64,000 nt of DNA from positions 64,001 through 128,000 of the IMG/VR virus record IMGVR_UViG_2595698914_000001. One strand, 5' to 3'. The notes beneath the pieces are model-generated. The model saw only the letters and a program-made list of their open reading frames with translations. It made no database searches and was not told the origin of the DNA. The stretch's first letter is position 1. Every line of letters begins with the position of its first letter. The DNA is from a virus (lineage: Duplodnaviria > Caudoviricetes). A program made the position numbers and the translations under genes. Shown here one piece after another: positions 1-9,092 of this stretch.

Positions 1-707
1 TTAGCAGTCTGCTTAGATACTTCAACGTTACCATCGTCAATCTGAGTAGTAATGTAGTCAAGTGTTTCATAGAAGTCATTTACAGACTTACGTATTTCGC
101 TTAACTTAATATTAGAGAACTTCTTAGTTAACTTCTCTAAGTACTCAGTTACATTATTAAAGTCACCGTAACTACGGTATACATCTAACATTACCGCACG
201 GTCATTACCTTCTTGACCTACAAAGAAGTCATGGAACTGACTAGGTATTTCTTTAAGCGTCTGTAACTCAGGAATAGACTTCGCATCTACTTTCATTAAA
301 TCATCAGGCTTAGAAGCATACTGAGAGAAGATACCGTTCGCTGTATTAAGTACAGAACCAGTTCTAAACATATCATCTTGATGAGCAAATAAAAACTCAA
401 CGAAATCATTCATCTTACCAGTAAAACCTACAGGTACATAAATGATATTACTAGAGGTTGTTGTAAATGGAGATTTTAATACTTTAGAGTCTAAAGCGTA
501 TACACTCTTACCAGTATACTCAATAGCTACTTCTGAACGACTTAACAGCTTATCTACTAATGCAGATGACTTATCGCTCATACGCTTAAGTTGTCTTAGG
601 AATGATTTAGGATTGATTGCTTCAATACCCACTTCGCCTTGATAACAGAAACTATTAAGTATTTCCTGTTCGTGTTTTAATTCGTGTAGTTGTTTGGCTA
701 ACGACAT
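1..707 (-). CDS. Virion (internal head) protein, phiKZ gp153-like; runs off the left edge; absent from ORF track
   Basis: ATG at 707 opens a frame with no stop to position 1 (MSLAKQLHELKHEQEILNSFCYQGEVGIEAINPKSF...IYVPVGFTG...). G-I-E and A-I-E resemble prohead-protease cleavage sites. Divergent from uvsX. Confidence 0.7.
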   Translation of the reverse strand, partial: MSLAKQLHELKHEQEILNSFCYQGEVGIEAINPKSFLRQLKRMSDKSSALVDKLLSRSEVAIEYTGKSVYALDSKVLKSPFTTTSSNIIYVPVGFTGKMNDFVEFLFAHQDDMFRTGSVLNTANGIFSQYASKPDDLMKVDAKSIPELQTLKEIPSQFHDFFVGQEGNDRAVMLDVYRSYGDFNNVTEYLEKLTKKFSNIKLSEIRKSVNDFYETLDYITTQIDDGNVEVSKQTA

Positions 708-813
708 AATAGATCCTATTAGGTTGAATGTAATTTAACATATGATTTTGCTAAAACAAACTGTGTAATATAAATGTAGAGCAAATAATTAAACATTCAA
801 AAGGTAATTAGTA

Positions 814-2271
814 ATGGGATTTAATTCAAAAAACAAACAACATCGTTCATTAGATGTAACGTGTGCATTTAATGTTTTACCTTTAATAGACCACCTTACA
901 GGTCAGTGGGTTGTTGGTGAGGATGAAGAGAATATCTTAGTAGGTGGTTTCGTACATCATACAGGTATCATAGCACCAGCTAACGCAGGTAAGTCAGCAT
1001 TAGGCTTACACATGTTCTGTGCCGTAGGTAATCGTTATCAGAATACCACAGGTCATATATACGAAACAGAAGGTACAATGCCCGCTGGTCGTGTTACAGA
1101 AGCCAGTGCTAGATTACATGACGGCGAACCGTTCGATATTAAACAAATGGTTCATGACGAAGAACCACGTTTTTCAATGATTGATGGTACATCTCTTAAG
1201 CTAGATGCTTGGGCAGATACCATGGCAGAAGAACGTGATGTTAGAAACAAACAACGCGGTGTTAAGAAACATGAAGTAACATTACCGTTCAAGTTAAACG
1301 AAGTTCGTGGTAATAAAGTAGTTAAGCCGATGATTGTATTTATTGACTCAGCTACAGAAGCAGAAGCAACCTCGGTAACTAAGTTACAAGAAGAAGGCAC
1401 AGATGCTACTAAAGGTCAAACATCATTTATGCGTGATGGTTGGGTGAAGACCAAAGTTTATGGTCGTTCTATGGTCAGTATGGCTACACAAGGCGATATC
1501 TTTGTTATCTCTACTGGTTCTATAGATTCGTTTGTAGATATGGGTGGTATGCCGGGTAAAGCTCCTGAGAAGACAATGGGACACATGGCGGGTTCTAAAC
1601 GAATGAAAGGGTTAGGTACTTCTTATAAGAAGTTAACATCTAACATCTGGCAATTCGGTCAACCTAAACCATTATTTAAAGGTACAGCTAGTAAAGATAA
1701 ACTACCAATGTTCCCGCTTAATAAAGATGATGAGTATCTAGACAACAAAGATTTAGAGTTTGTTAGTATTCAGAACTTACGTGGTAAAGCTGGTGGCTCT
1801 GGTGCAGTATTTGAATTAGTACGTTCACAACGTGATGGTATATTACCGGGTGTTACCGAATTCTTATTCCTTAAAACATGGGGTAAGGTACATAAAGAAT
1901 ACGGCTACCATTCTCCTGCTCAGTATCAGTTTGCTTTAGACTTACTACCAGAAGTAACTTTCCGTAATACTACATTACGTGAAACAATTAATAATAATCC
2001 ATTATTCCGTCGTGCGTTAGAATTAACATTCGGAATGAAAATGGAATTCATTGCTAAGCAATCAGTTGAATGTACTAAGTATCGCTGTACTCCCAAAGAG
2101 TTGTATGATGATATTAAGAGTATGGGTTTCGATTGGAACATTCTACTTAACACTCGTGGTTTTTGGCAATTCAAAGAAGAAGAAGACCCTAGCTTACCAT
2201 ACTTATCAATCTTGGATTTACTTAAAATGCGAGTCGGTGAGTATACTCCTAAATGGTACTCGAAAGGGTAA
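814..2271 (+). CDS. uvsX: UvsX/RecA-like recombinase (phiKZ gp152-like)
   Basis: Walker A APANAGKS, YETEG, Walker B IVFIDS; 485-aa length and C-terminal YTPKW fit the jumbo-phage UvsX family. Confidence 0.88.
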   Translation: MGFNSKNKQHRSLDVTCAFNVLPLIDHLTGQWVVGEDEENILVGGFVHHTGIIAPANAGKSALGLHMFCAVGNRYQNTTGHIYETEGTMPAGRVTEASARLHDGEPFDIKQMVHDEEPRFSMIDGTSLKLDAWADTMAEERDVRNKQRGVKKHEVTLPFKLNEVRGNKVVKPMIVFIDSATEAEATSVTKLQEEGTDATKGQTSFMRDGWVKTKVYGRSMVSMATQGDIFVISTGSIDSFVDMGGMPGKAPEKTMGHMAGSKRMKGLGTSYKKLTSNIWQFGQPKPLFKGTASKDKLPMFPLNKDDEYLDNKDLEFVSIQNLRGKAGGSGAVFELVRSQRDGILPGVTEFLFLKTWGKVHKEYGYHSPAQYQFALDLLPEVTFRNTTLRETINNNPLFRRALELTFGMKMEFIAKQSVECTKYRCTPKELYDDIKSMGFDWNILLNTRGFWQFKEEEDPSLPYLSILDLLKMRVGEYTPKWYSKG

Positions 2272-2570
2272 TTTTATCAAAGGTTTTTAATATGGATAGT
2301 ATTAGTACAGCAATTGTTAATGCTCTTCAAGAAGGTGGCGTGGATGCAGTTAGCATCCAACGTTACGTTGAAGATGTAAAGTGTTACCCAGATAATCTAG
2401 AGATGATTAGTCTCTACTGGGTGAGTAAGATAACTAATCTTACAGTAAACATTAGACCGCATGTAGACATGTGTTTATTCCTAAGAGACACTGTCTCAGA
2501 AGTTCTATGGATTAATTATTTCCGTGATAAAGTTGTACCTTTTGTTGTACAACATCGACTTTTAGGATAG
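2253..2570 (+). CDS. Hypothetical protein (probable start ATG 2292, MDSIST...)
   Basis: ORF between uvsX and RNAP subunit; AAGG upstream of ATG 2292. Confidence 0.65.
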   Translation: MVLERVILSKVFNMDSISTAIVNALQEGGVDAVSIQRYVEDVKCYPDNLEMISLYWVSKITNLTVNIRPHVDMCLFLRDTVSEVLWINYFRDKVVPFVVQHRLLG

Positions 2571-2579
2571 GAGTAATAT

Positions 2580-3251
2580 ATGGGTAACGTTAAAGGGTTC
2601 ATTGATTACATTGTCAATACATTAGCTAAGCTAGAACCTAACAATAAGACACCGGGTATTTTACGTAAGAAACTGGAGTCTATGTCTAAAGCGGATATAC
2701 ATCAACTATATGAAGATTTAAAGGCAGAACGTAAGTACTTACCTTTTTATATTCCTAATGATGTAAATCATAAAATAGATATTAAGCGCTGGATTAAGTT
2801 GTCAAAAGAAATAGGTGCAGAAACATTTGTTGAGCTTATTCAAGAAGATGACGTTACTGGTGATGTTACTCAGACGGAAATTAAATACTGGGTAGCCATG
2901 TTCCCTGGTCGTAGACACTTACATTACCTAGATGCTAAACGTAGTATAGCCAAAGATAATAAGACCCGTGATACATTAACAGGTCAAGTTACAGGCGATT
3001 CTAAGGGTAGTAGTTTTAGTAAACCTCAGTTAATGGGTTTATTAAGTCGTGGGTGTACTATGAACGCTATGGAACTTATGAAGTATCGTGGTGGTGATAT
3101 ATCGGGTGGTCGCGAATTAAATAGACAGCTAACTAGTAATGGTGGTGTTAGTCTTAAGAGTTTACTACAAACTAAAACGACTCCTACTGTTACTAAGACA
3201 ACAGCAAGTTATCTTACAGCAATGCACTTATCACATAATCTAGATGAGTAA
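2580..3251 (+). CDS. Virion RNA polymerase beta subunit, C-terminal part (phiKZ gp149-like)
   Basis: RDTLTGQVTGDSKGSSFSKPQLMGL...ELMKYRGGD parallels the C-terminal beta region (LTQQP...GQRFGEME...EMLTVKSDD); RBS AGGAG. Confidence 0.8.
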   Translation: MGNVKGFIDYIVNTLAKLEPNNKTPGILRKKLESMSKADIHQLYEDLKAERKYLPFYIPNDVNHKIDIKRWIKLSKEIGAETFVELIQEDDVTGDVTQTEIKYWVAMFPGRRHLHYLDAKRSIAKDNKTRDTLTGQVTGDSKGSSFSKPQLMGLLSRGCTMNAMELMKYRGGDISGGRELNRQLTSNGGVSLKSLLQTKTTPTVTKTTASYLTAMHLSHNLDE

Positions 3252-3272
3252 TGGTAAATTGGAAACCCCATT

Positions 3273-3989
3273 ATGAAAGAAATAAGAATACTACTAGATA
3301 TTGAAACCGTATTAGATGTTAGGTACGGTAAACTAATTCAACATAACCCTAAGTTAATTCCTGAGATACTGTTTAAATTCAATCAGTATTGCTCTCGTGA
3401 CCACGATGACTTCTGGTTAATGTTCCCCGAAGTAGATAAAGATACCTTCATTGTCGCTGAGACAACCGTAGAGACATTAAAGCTATCTAAACGTACGAAT
3501 GTCTTCAATGTAATAGATGACTCCTTACGTAGCATGTCAGGCTCTCTAACGGAAGACATTAAAGTTAACATTATCCTTAATACGGGTAAGTATGAATTAA
3601 GTGATGAAGCTACAGAAGCAATGTTAGTTCTAATTTCAGCCCGCTATGAACATAATTATAAAGTTACAGATGTTAGTATACTTAATAAAGACTTAACTCC
3701 AGAAGTTATTTCTGGTTTAGCTGACTTAGTTATAATGTATGATTTTAATGGTTGGTCTGAATCACACATTAGTACAGTTCAAGAAGTTGATTTAAGTATG
3801 GTTACTTTTTACATACCAACTTTATTCCGTGATAAGAAAGAAGCTGAACGTGGATTCTATGAGAGTATAAAGAACTTACCTATTGAAGGTGAACCTCTCG
3901 AAGTGTTATCTGATTTCATATGGGAGACTTATCGTTTGAATATATACTTCATTAGTAATAAGTTTTTCTCACCTATCAGCTTAGCCTAA
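3273..3989 (+). CDS. Conserved jumbo-phage hypothetical protein
   Basis: 238-aa ORF with N-terminal ILLDIETVLDVRYG motif; co-oriented with the RNAP subunit. Confidence 0.7.
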   Translation: MKEIRILLDIETVLDVRYGKLIQHNPKLIPEILFKFNQYCSRDHDDFWLMFPEVDKDTFIVAETTVETLKLSKRTNVFNVIDDSLRSMSGSLTEDIKVNIILNTGKYELSDEATEAMLVLISARYEHNYKVTDVSILNKDLTPEVISGLADLVIMYDFNGWSESHISTVQEVDLSMVTFYIPTLFRDKKEAERGFYESIKNLPIEGEPLEVLSDFIWETYRLNIYFISNKFFSPISLA

Positions 3990-3992
3990 TAT

Positions 3993-4017
3993 ATTACATC
4001 TATATATTATAGAGGTG
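3993..4017 (+). promoter_or_regulatory. Putative early (vRNAP) promoter P1
   Basis: ATTACA-tcta-TATATTAT-agag-GTG; an exact TATATTAC also lies at 3990-3997. Confidence 0.7.
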
Positions 4018-4045
4018 TACGTGAGCGAATAAAAAAGGTACGCAC

Positions 4046-4519
4046 ATGTTAGATACAATATCTAACTGGTATAATCTCTGGAAGTTTAAGAAATTAAGTA
4101 AACGCCTTCTAAACGAGGATACTAACTTTAATTTCTACAGCGATATCTTATTGTGGTTCGATGAGTCAACTAAGTACATATCGTTAGACAAATTATACCG
4201 GAAGAGATTAGTGGTTGAATTTGAGAATATTATAGAGTTGGGTAAAGCTTTAGATATTCTGTATTTTAATATCTCAAATGGATTTACTTCTGAATTAAAG
4301 AGTCAAGAGAAGAAGTTACTTCTTGATGATTGGTTAATTGATGATGAATCTGTTAGAGTTAATATAGGAGAGTTTGTTGAAAAATATAGAAATACCTTTA
4401 TGGGTATCTCTAAAAAGCTAGAAGATTTAGATGATGCTGATAAGCAATATTATCTATTAAACTTTTATGCTATAATCGTTACCCTACGTTCTTACGTAGA
4501 GGTTTGTCATAGGCGTTAA
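4046..4519 (+). CDS. Hypothetical protein
   Basis: 157-aa ORF with AAGG RBS after promoter motif. Confidence 0.75.
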   Translation: MLDTISNWYNLWKFKKLSKRLLNEDTNFNFYSDILLWFDESTKYISLDKLYRKRLVVEFENIIELGKALDILYFNISNGFTSELKSQEKKLLLDDWLIDDESVRVNIGEFVEKYRNTFMGISKKLEDLDDADKQYYLLNFYAIIVTLRSYVEVCHRR

Positions 4520-4533
4520 TAAGGTCTAATGTT

Positions 4534-5460
4534 ATGGAATTGTCACTCAAGCAAATAGAGGAACAGATAGATGTACCACTTAAAAGTTATTGGCTGTTTG
4601 TATACAGTAAAATACGTAGTGGTGTATGGGAAGAATTATTCAAGACACACCTAGATAAATATTATCCAGAGAGTCCTAACTTCATCGAGTTTAAAGCAGA
4701 TGAATCTATAGAGGTTATTCGTGATAACTTTTATCAGATTAAAGAAGGTTGGGGTGAAGGTATGTATCGCGCTATAGCTAATCGTGAAGTTGCCTTAATA
4801 GACTCTAACTGGAGAATTAGTAAATCAGGTGACTTGATGTTAGATGGTATTGTTTACCTAAAGGAAGTAAGTGCTATACGTAATAGTAAACGTACTAATT
4901 TCCCAAGGACCATCTGGCAAAAAGAAGAACTGAGTTGGCTGAGTTATTACGAAGGTGTATTAATCCTAAGTCAGATATATCAATCAATCACTATTGATTT
5001 TGAATTGGTTTATCAGGATAAGGAAATACACAAGTATTCAATTCCTGTTAAGTGGGAGATATTGGAGAGTCCTGACGGAGTCAATATCAAGCATAAAGGT
5101 CGTGTTAATAAAGAACTAGTTATTAATCCTAAGTTAGATAGAACGTACGAAGGTGGACTAAGTTTTATTATACGGGAGATTATGCGTAAGTCTGATATGA
5201 CTAGAGTAGATTTAGATTCTCTATTAGATAAGTATGCAGAAGACCCAAACAACCTTTATAGTTTCTCCACTAAGTCTAAACCTAATATAAAGAGTTCTAT
5301 ACTAGGTACTATGTTTAAATGGAATATTACGTGGGGTAATTTCACCCGCTCGTTAAAGGTGTTAGGATACAACGAACTAAGTATGAGTATTAATGCTACT
5401 AGAGCTGGACGTGTAAAAACAGAAAGTATAACTTCAACTGTAAGTATGAGGATTAGTTAA
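4534..5460 (+). CDS. Hypothetical protein with apparent internal domain duplication
   Basis: 308 aa; LSWLSYYEGVLIL and ITWGNFTRSLKVL end two similar halves. Confidence 0.75.
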   Translation: MELSLKQIEEQIDVPLKSYWLFVYSKIRSGVWEELFKTHLDKYYPESPNFIEFKADESIEVIRDNFYQIKEGWGEGMYRAIANREVALIDSNWRISKSGDLMLDGIVYLKEVSAIRNSKRTNFPRTIWQKEELSWLSYYEGVLILSQIYQSITIDFELVYQDKEIHKYSIPVKWEILESPDGVNIKHKGRVNKELVINPKLDRTYEGGLSFIIREIMRKSDMTRVDLDSLLDKYAEDPNNLYSFSTKSKPNIKSSILGTMFKWNITWGNFTRSLKVLGYNELSMSINATRAGRVKTESITSTVSMRIS

Positions 5461-5461
5461 T

Positions 5462-5731
5462 ATGAACAACTACCAATTAGCTACCCAAATATATCGAAAG
5501 TTGGAAAGCACTACTACCAAGAAGAATCGAAAGGTTAAGGTAGCAGCTATTAAACGTACGTTAGATAAGTTAAGTTTAACAATGGATGAGGGTAACTCTT
5601 ACACAAGAGAAGAATTACCTATATTGCCTAAGTTGATTTTAACTTATAGTAATCTAACTAAATTCACAGATAACGATTTGAGATTAATCGAAGACTTATC
5701 CAAATACCTAAATGGAGAAGTCGGGGTTTAA
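5462..5731 (+). CDS. Hypothetical basic protein
   Basis: 89-aa ORF tightly coupled to the upstream gene and followed by a terminator. Confidence 0.7.
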   Translation: MNNYQLATQIYRKLESTTTKKNRKVKVAAIKRTLDKLSLTMDEGNSYTREELPILPKLILTYSNLTKFTDNDLRLIEDLSKYLNGEVGV

Positions 5732-6491
5732 AGCCCCGATTTTTTTTATGACTCAGAGTAAAGTAACGCTAAGTGACCCTAAAGAAATACTAGAACAAGT
5801 AGACCCTAATCAGATTAGTACTTTATTAACTAGGGACGAGGGTAATACATTCGTACTAGATAGTATTAATGCTAAGTCTGAAGCCGCAGGTGGGGTATCC
5901 TCTTTACTAGACGGTTTAGATATTGATACGGGCATCGCTGCTAGTATAAGTGAACAGTCAGGTAAGATACTTACCTCGATAGAAGGAATGAAGGAATCTG
6001 GTGCTTTTGCAGATGTAACTGGTGACTTTGATTTCTCAGCCATAGCAGAACAATGTTCTATTGCTAATTCGGAAGACCTAATGGGTACATTAGGTGCTGC
6101 GTTTACAGCATTAGGTGAGACTGGAGACTTACTGTCTTTAGATAAGATGAGAGAGGCTTTAGACTTTGCAGGATTTGACTCTCTTGGGATTATAGCATCA
6201 GTTGCACCTGGTGTAGTAGCAACTACTTTAAGTGTCTTCAATTTAGATGAGTTAATACCTAATTTATCAGAAGACCTACTTGGACCATATGCTAGTACAT
6301 TTAATGATGCGTTAAATAATTTCTCAACTAGCTGGTACTGGTTAGATGAGTCACTTGGTATATATGATTATGAAGTTCTAAGCAGAATAAGTCCGTGGGC
6401 ACTTAACTTCCTAGAACTTAATCCGAATTACACAGAAGTAGTAAAACTAGCAAGAGGTCTATATGGACACAGAAACCAAATTTCAGAATAA
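5712..6491 (+). CDS. Acidic hypothetical protein, possibly virion; start uncertain (5712 or 5748)
   Basis: 259-aa ORF whose first codons overlap the terminator hairpin. Confidence 0.65.
   Translation: MEKSGFKAPIFFMTQSKVTLSDPKEILEQVDPNQISTLLTRDEGNTFVLDSINAKSEAAGGVSSLLDGLDIDTGIAASISEQSGKILTSIEGMKESGAFADVTGDFDFSAIAEQCSIANSEDLMGTLGAAFTALGETGDLLSLDKMREALDFAGFDSLGIIASVAPGVVATTLSVFNLDELIPNLSEDLLGPYASTFNDALNNFSTSWYWLDESLGIYDYEVLSRISPWALNFLELNPNYTEVVKLARGLYGHRNQISE
5720..5747 (+). terminator. Intrinsic terminator
   Basis: gTCGGGG-tttaaag-CCCCGAt followed by a T run. Confidence 0.8.
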
Positions 6492-6858
6492 TGTAACCAT
6501 AGCTACATGTATAGATGAAGAAATAAAAACCGTTGTAGCCTTATTAAATCATCAGGAAGAATATGATATACCAGATATCTTTTCTAAGTTAGTTGGTATA
6601 TTAATGGAACGTAACATACCTCTAGATGAAACTAAGTCTAGAGATGTTATCATGAAAGATAAGTATTCTACTGTACATACAATCCTTAACTTAGTATATG
6701 ATAGGTTAGATGCTAAGGGTATCTTAGATAAGCCTAAGCCAACCGGTTACGAGTCACCAGTTAAGATTGAAGACAATAGAGGTTTAGAATTACTTAATAA
6801 GTATTTAACGCCTAATCTTTTAAAGGTCTTAAATAATTACTGTTCTATGACTGCTTAA
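6463..6858 (+). CDS. Hypothetical protein
   Basis: 131-aa ORF, GAGG RBS. Confidence 0.7.
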   Translation: MDTETKFQNNVTIATCIDEEIKTVVALLNHQEEYDIPDIFSKLVGILMERNIPLDETKSRDVIMKDKYSTVHTILNLVYDRLDAKGILDKPKPTGYESPVKIEDNRGLELLNKYLTPNLLKVLNNYCSMTA

Positions 6859-6864
6859 TTTTTT

Positions 6865-6895
6865 ATACGATGGGGTTAATTCCTCATCGTATTTT
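6865..6895 (+). terminator. Hairpin / probable terminator
   Basis: ATACGATGGGG...TCCTCATCGTAT followed by TTT. Confidence 0.65.
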
Positions 6896-6947
6896 ACGAC
6901 TACAAATTCTATAGTATCTAAGAGATTATAAGGTAAGGAGTTTAATT

Positions 6948-9047
6948 ATGGCACAAACTAAAGAAGAAGCAGCTATAGAAGATGCTGTAATTGAAGCTAA
7001 GATTAGCGGCTTAAGTTTACAAGAAGTCAAAGATTCGGATTGGGTCTGTAGTTGTTTCATGGTAACTAGTGATGAGAACTGGGAGTATGAACAGGAAAAG
7101 AGATACTTCACATCAGCTACTAGAAAGGTCGGTGGTTCCGGTTTAGGTAACGGGCGAGTTTTAAATATGCCCTTGGGTATAAATGAGTTCTGTGATATTC
7201 CAGTAGGCTTTGGAATAGACGGTTCTAAGAATTACGATGGTATGGGTGTTCATTATAGTGAAGGTCTAGATGATAATTTAGACATAATACATATTAGACC
7301 CGGTGTTCCTAGATATAGCTCTCTAGGTAGATTCTATACCGAAGCAGTTCAAGCTGACGCTGTCAAAGTTAATGAGTACGGTTGGTTTGATGAGTTAGTC
7401 AGTAATATATCAGGTGCATTAGGATACCTTTTACTTTTACCATTTAAGATTGTTGCCTCACCTTTTAACGTATTAGGTAAATTACTTTCTAATGATAATA
7501 CTAATAGGTATAGCTATTATTACCTAGCACCAGCTACACATACTTACTGGAAGACATTAGATAATATTGTTAACGACTTTGCCTTACGTAGTGGTTTAAT
7601 ACCTGGTGCTGCGTATGATGGAAAGTATGACGATGGTAGTGAAGCATCTAAAAGTATACGTCCTGAAGATTTGGAGTACTTTAAGAATAATTTACCGGGT
7701 GTATATGTCGATGGGACTTTTGGTGTACCTAGAATAGATGTTCTAGCAATAAGCGCTAGACATACACTACTAACCTCTAGACGTGAAGACTATTTAGCTA
7801 AACAGTTAAATGGTATTAGTCAAGAAGTACTAGATGAAGATTACCTAACTGCATGGCAATCCGTTATGCGTAATCATAATCCATGGGGTGATGATGAATC
7901 AGTTCGTGAGTTAGATGGTATACATGAGTTAGGCGATGCTCTATCTGGTACAAGTAGAGCTATGAAGAATAACTACGACAAAATAGTTAAAAGTAATCTA
8001 TCCACTATTGTAGATGCTAATAATAGTACTCAGGAAGTAACAGTTAATGATGATGGTACTATAACTGCGTCAGAACAAACTACCGATTTAGATTACTCTG
8101 ATAACGGTTTAACTCCAGAAATGGACGATGCTGATTTCATAACTAACTTTAGCGCAGTTACTAAGTCGGGTGCGGATTGGATTAGCTTAGCAGTCGACCA
8201 AGTTACAGAAAGTACTATTAGTATTAATAACACATCTGGCCCTAGTGGTTTAGCTAGTATGCTTAACGGTATGGTTAGTTCTATGCGAGGTGTTAACTTT
8301 AATATAGCCGGTGGTAATATTGGTGATAATGTTGGTGCTAATTTAGTTGAGGGTATAATTAGTACAGGTGGTGCTGCTATAAGTGGTCTAACTAATCAGT
8401 TTGTTGGCGGTATGCCTTCTGCTATATTAGGTGGTAAAGCTTTTATAGACTTCCCAGATGTATATCAGGAGTCTACTATGGAGTTTAACTCTATGAACTA
8501 CACCTTAACCAGTGTTGCATCTAGTGGACATCCGTTAGCTAAACTTCGTATGCTTATGCCTTACTTTGCTCTATTAGCACTTACTTCTCCTCGTAGTGGT
8601 GGTCCTAGCTCATACACTCCTCCTTATCTAGTTGAAGTTCAACATAAGGGTAGAGGTATAGTTCAAATGGGGATGATTGGTAGTTTAGAAGCAACTTTTG
8701 GTACAGAAGATGGTTGGGATATAAATGATATACCTAACGAAGTATCAATTAGTTTTGGAGTAACTAACTTATCTAAAGGTTTCCACGTTCCAGTAGACCC
8801 TAGTTTAAGTTTAACTTATGCTGATACAGGTGAGTTCTGTTTACACATGGGCGTATTAGCAGGTGTTAGTTTAACAGATAGAGATAAGAGCATATGGTAC
8901 AATGCTAAGCGTAGTGCGATGCGTTTATCTCAGAGGTTAGATAGAGCTACTAGTTCAACTTACTGGGCACATTTAACTGGTACTGTAACCAAAGATTTAT
9001 TTGGTGGTGTATTAGCTATGTCAGGACATTATGTAAATAGACGATAG
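6948..9047 (+). CDS. Virion structural protein, tail tip/baseplate hub (phiKZ gp182-like)
   Basis: 699 aa, convergent with the gp181-like gene; motifs GVPRYSSL.RFY, IDFPDVY..S, SYTPPYLV, GMIGSL; RBS AAGGAG. Confidence 0.75.
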   Translation: MAQTKEEAAIEDAVIEAKISGLSLQEVKDSDWVCSCFMVTSDENWEYEQEKRYFTSATRKVGGSGLGNGRVLNMPLGINEFCDIPVGFGIDGSKNYDGMGVHYSEGLDDNLDIIHIRPGVPRYSSLGRFYTEAVQADAVKVNEYGWFDELVSNISGALGYLLLLPFKIVASPFNVLGKLLSNDNTNRYSYYYLAPATHTYWKTLDNIVNDFALRSGLIPGAAYDGKYDDGSEASKSIRPEDLEYFKNNLPGVYVDGTFGVPRIDVLAISARHTLLTSRREDYLAKQLNGISQEVLDEDYLTAWQSVMRNHNPWGDDESVRELDGIHELGDALSGTSRAMKNNYDKIVKSNLSTIVDANNSTQEVTVNDDGTITASEQTTDLDYSDNGLTPEMDDADFITNFSAVTKSGADWISLAVDQVTESTISINNTSGPSGLASMLNGMVSSMRGVNFNIAGGNIGDNVGANLVEGIISTGGAAISGLTNQFVGGMPSAILGGKAFIDFPDVYQESTMEFNSMNYTLTSVASSGHPLAKLRMLMPYFALLALTSPRSGGPSSYTPPYLVEVQHKGRGIVQMGMIGSLEATFGTEDGWDINDIPNEVSISFGVTNLSKGFHVPVDPSLSLTYADTGEFCLHMGVLAGVSLTDRDKSIWYNAKRSAMRLSQRLDRATSSTYWAHLTGTVTKDLFGGVLAMSGHYVNRR

Positions 9048-9075
9048 ATAAGGTAGGGCTTTCGCCCTACCTTAT
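9048..9075. terminator. Bidirectional terminator
   Basis: Perfect 12-bp stem ATAAGGTAGGGC-tttc-GCCCTACCTTAT between convergent genes. Confidence 0.85.
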
Positions 9076-9092
9076 ATTTATGTTTTAAGCAG

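Noticed and set aside
442-642. 66-aa + strand ORF
   Set aside because: Antisense shadow of the long minus-strand gene starting at 707.
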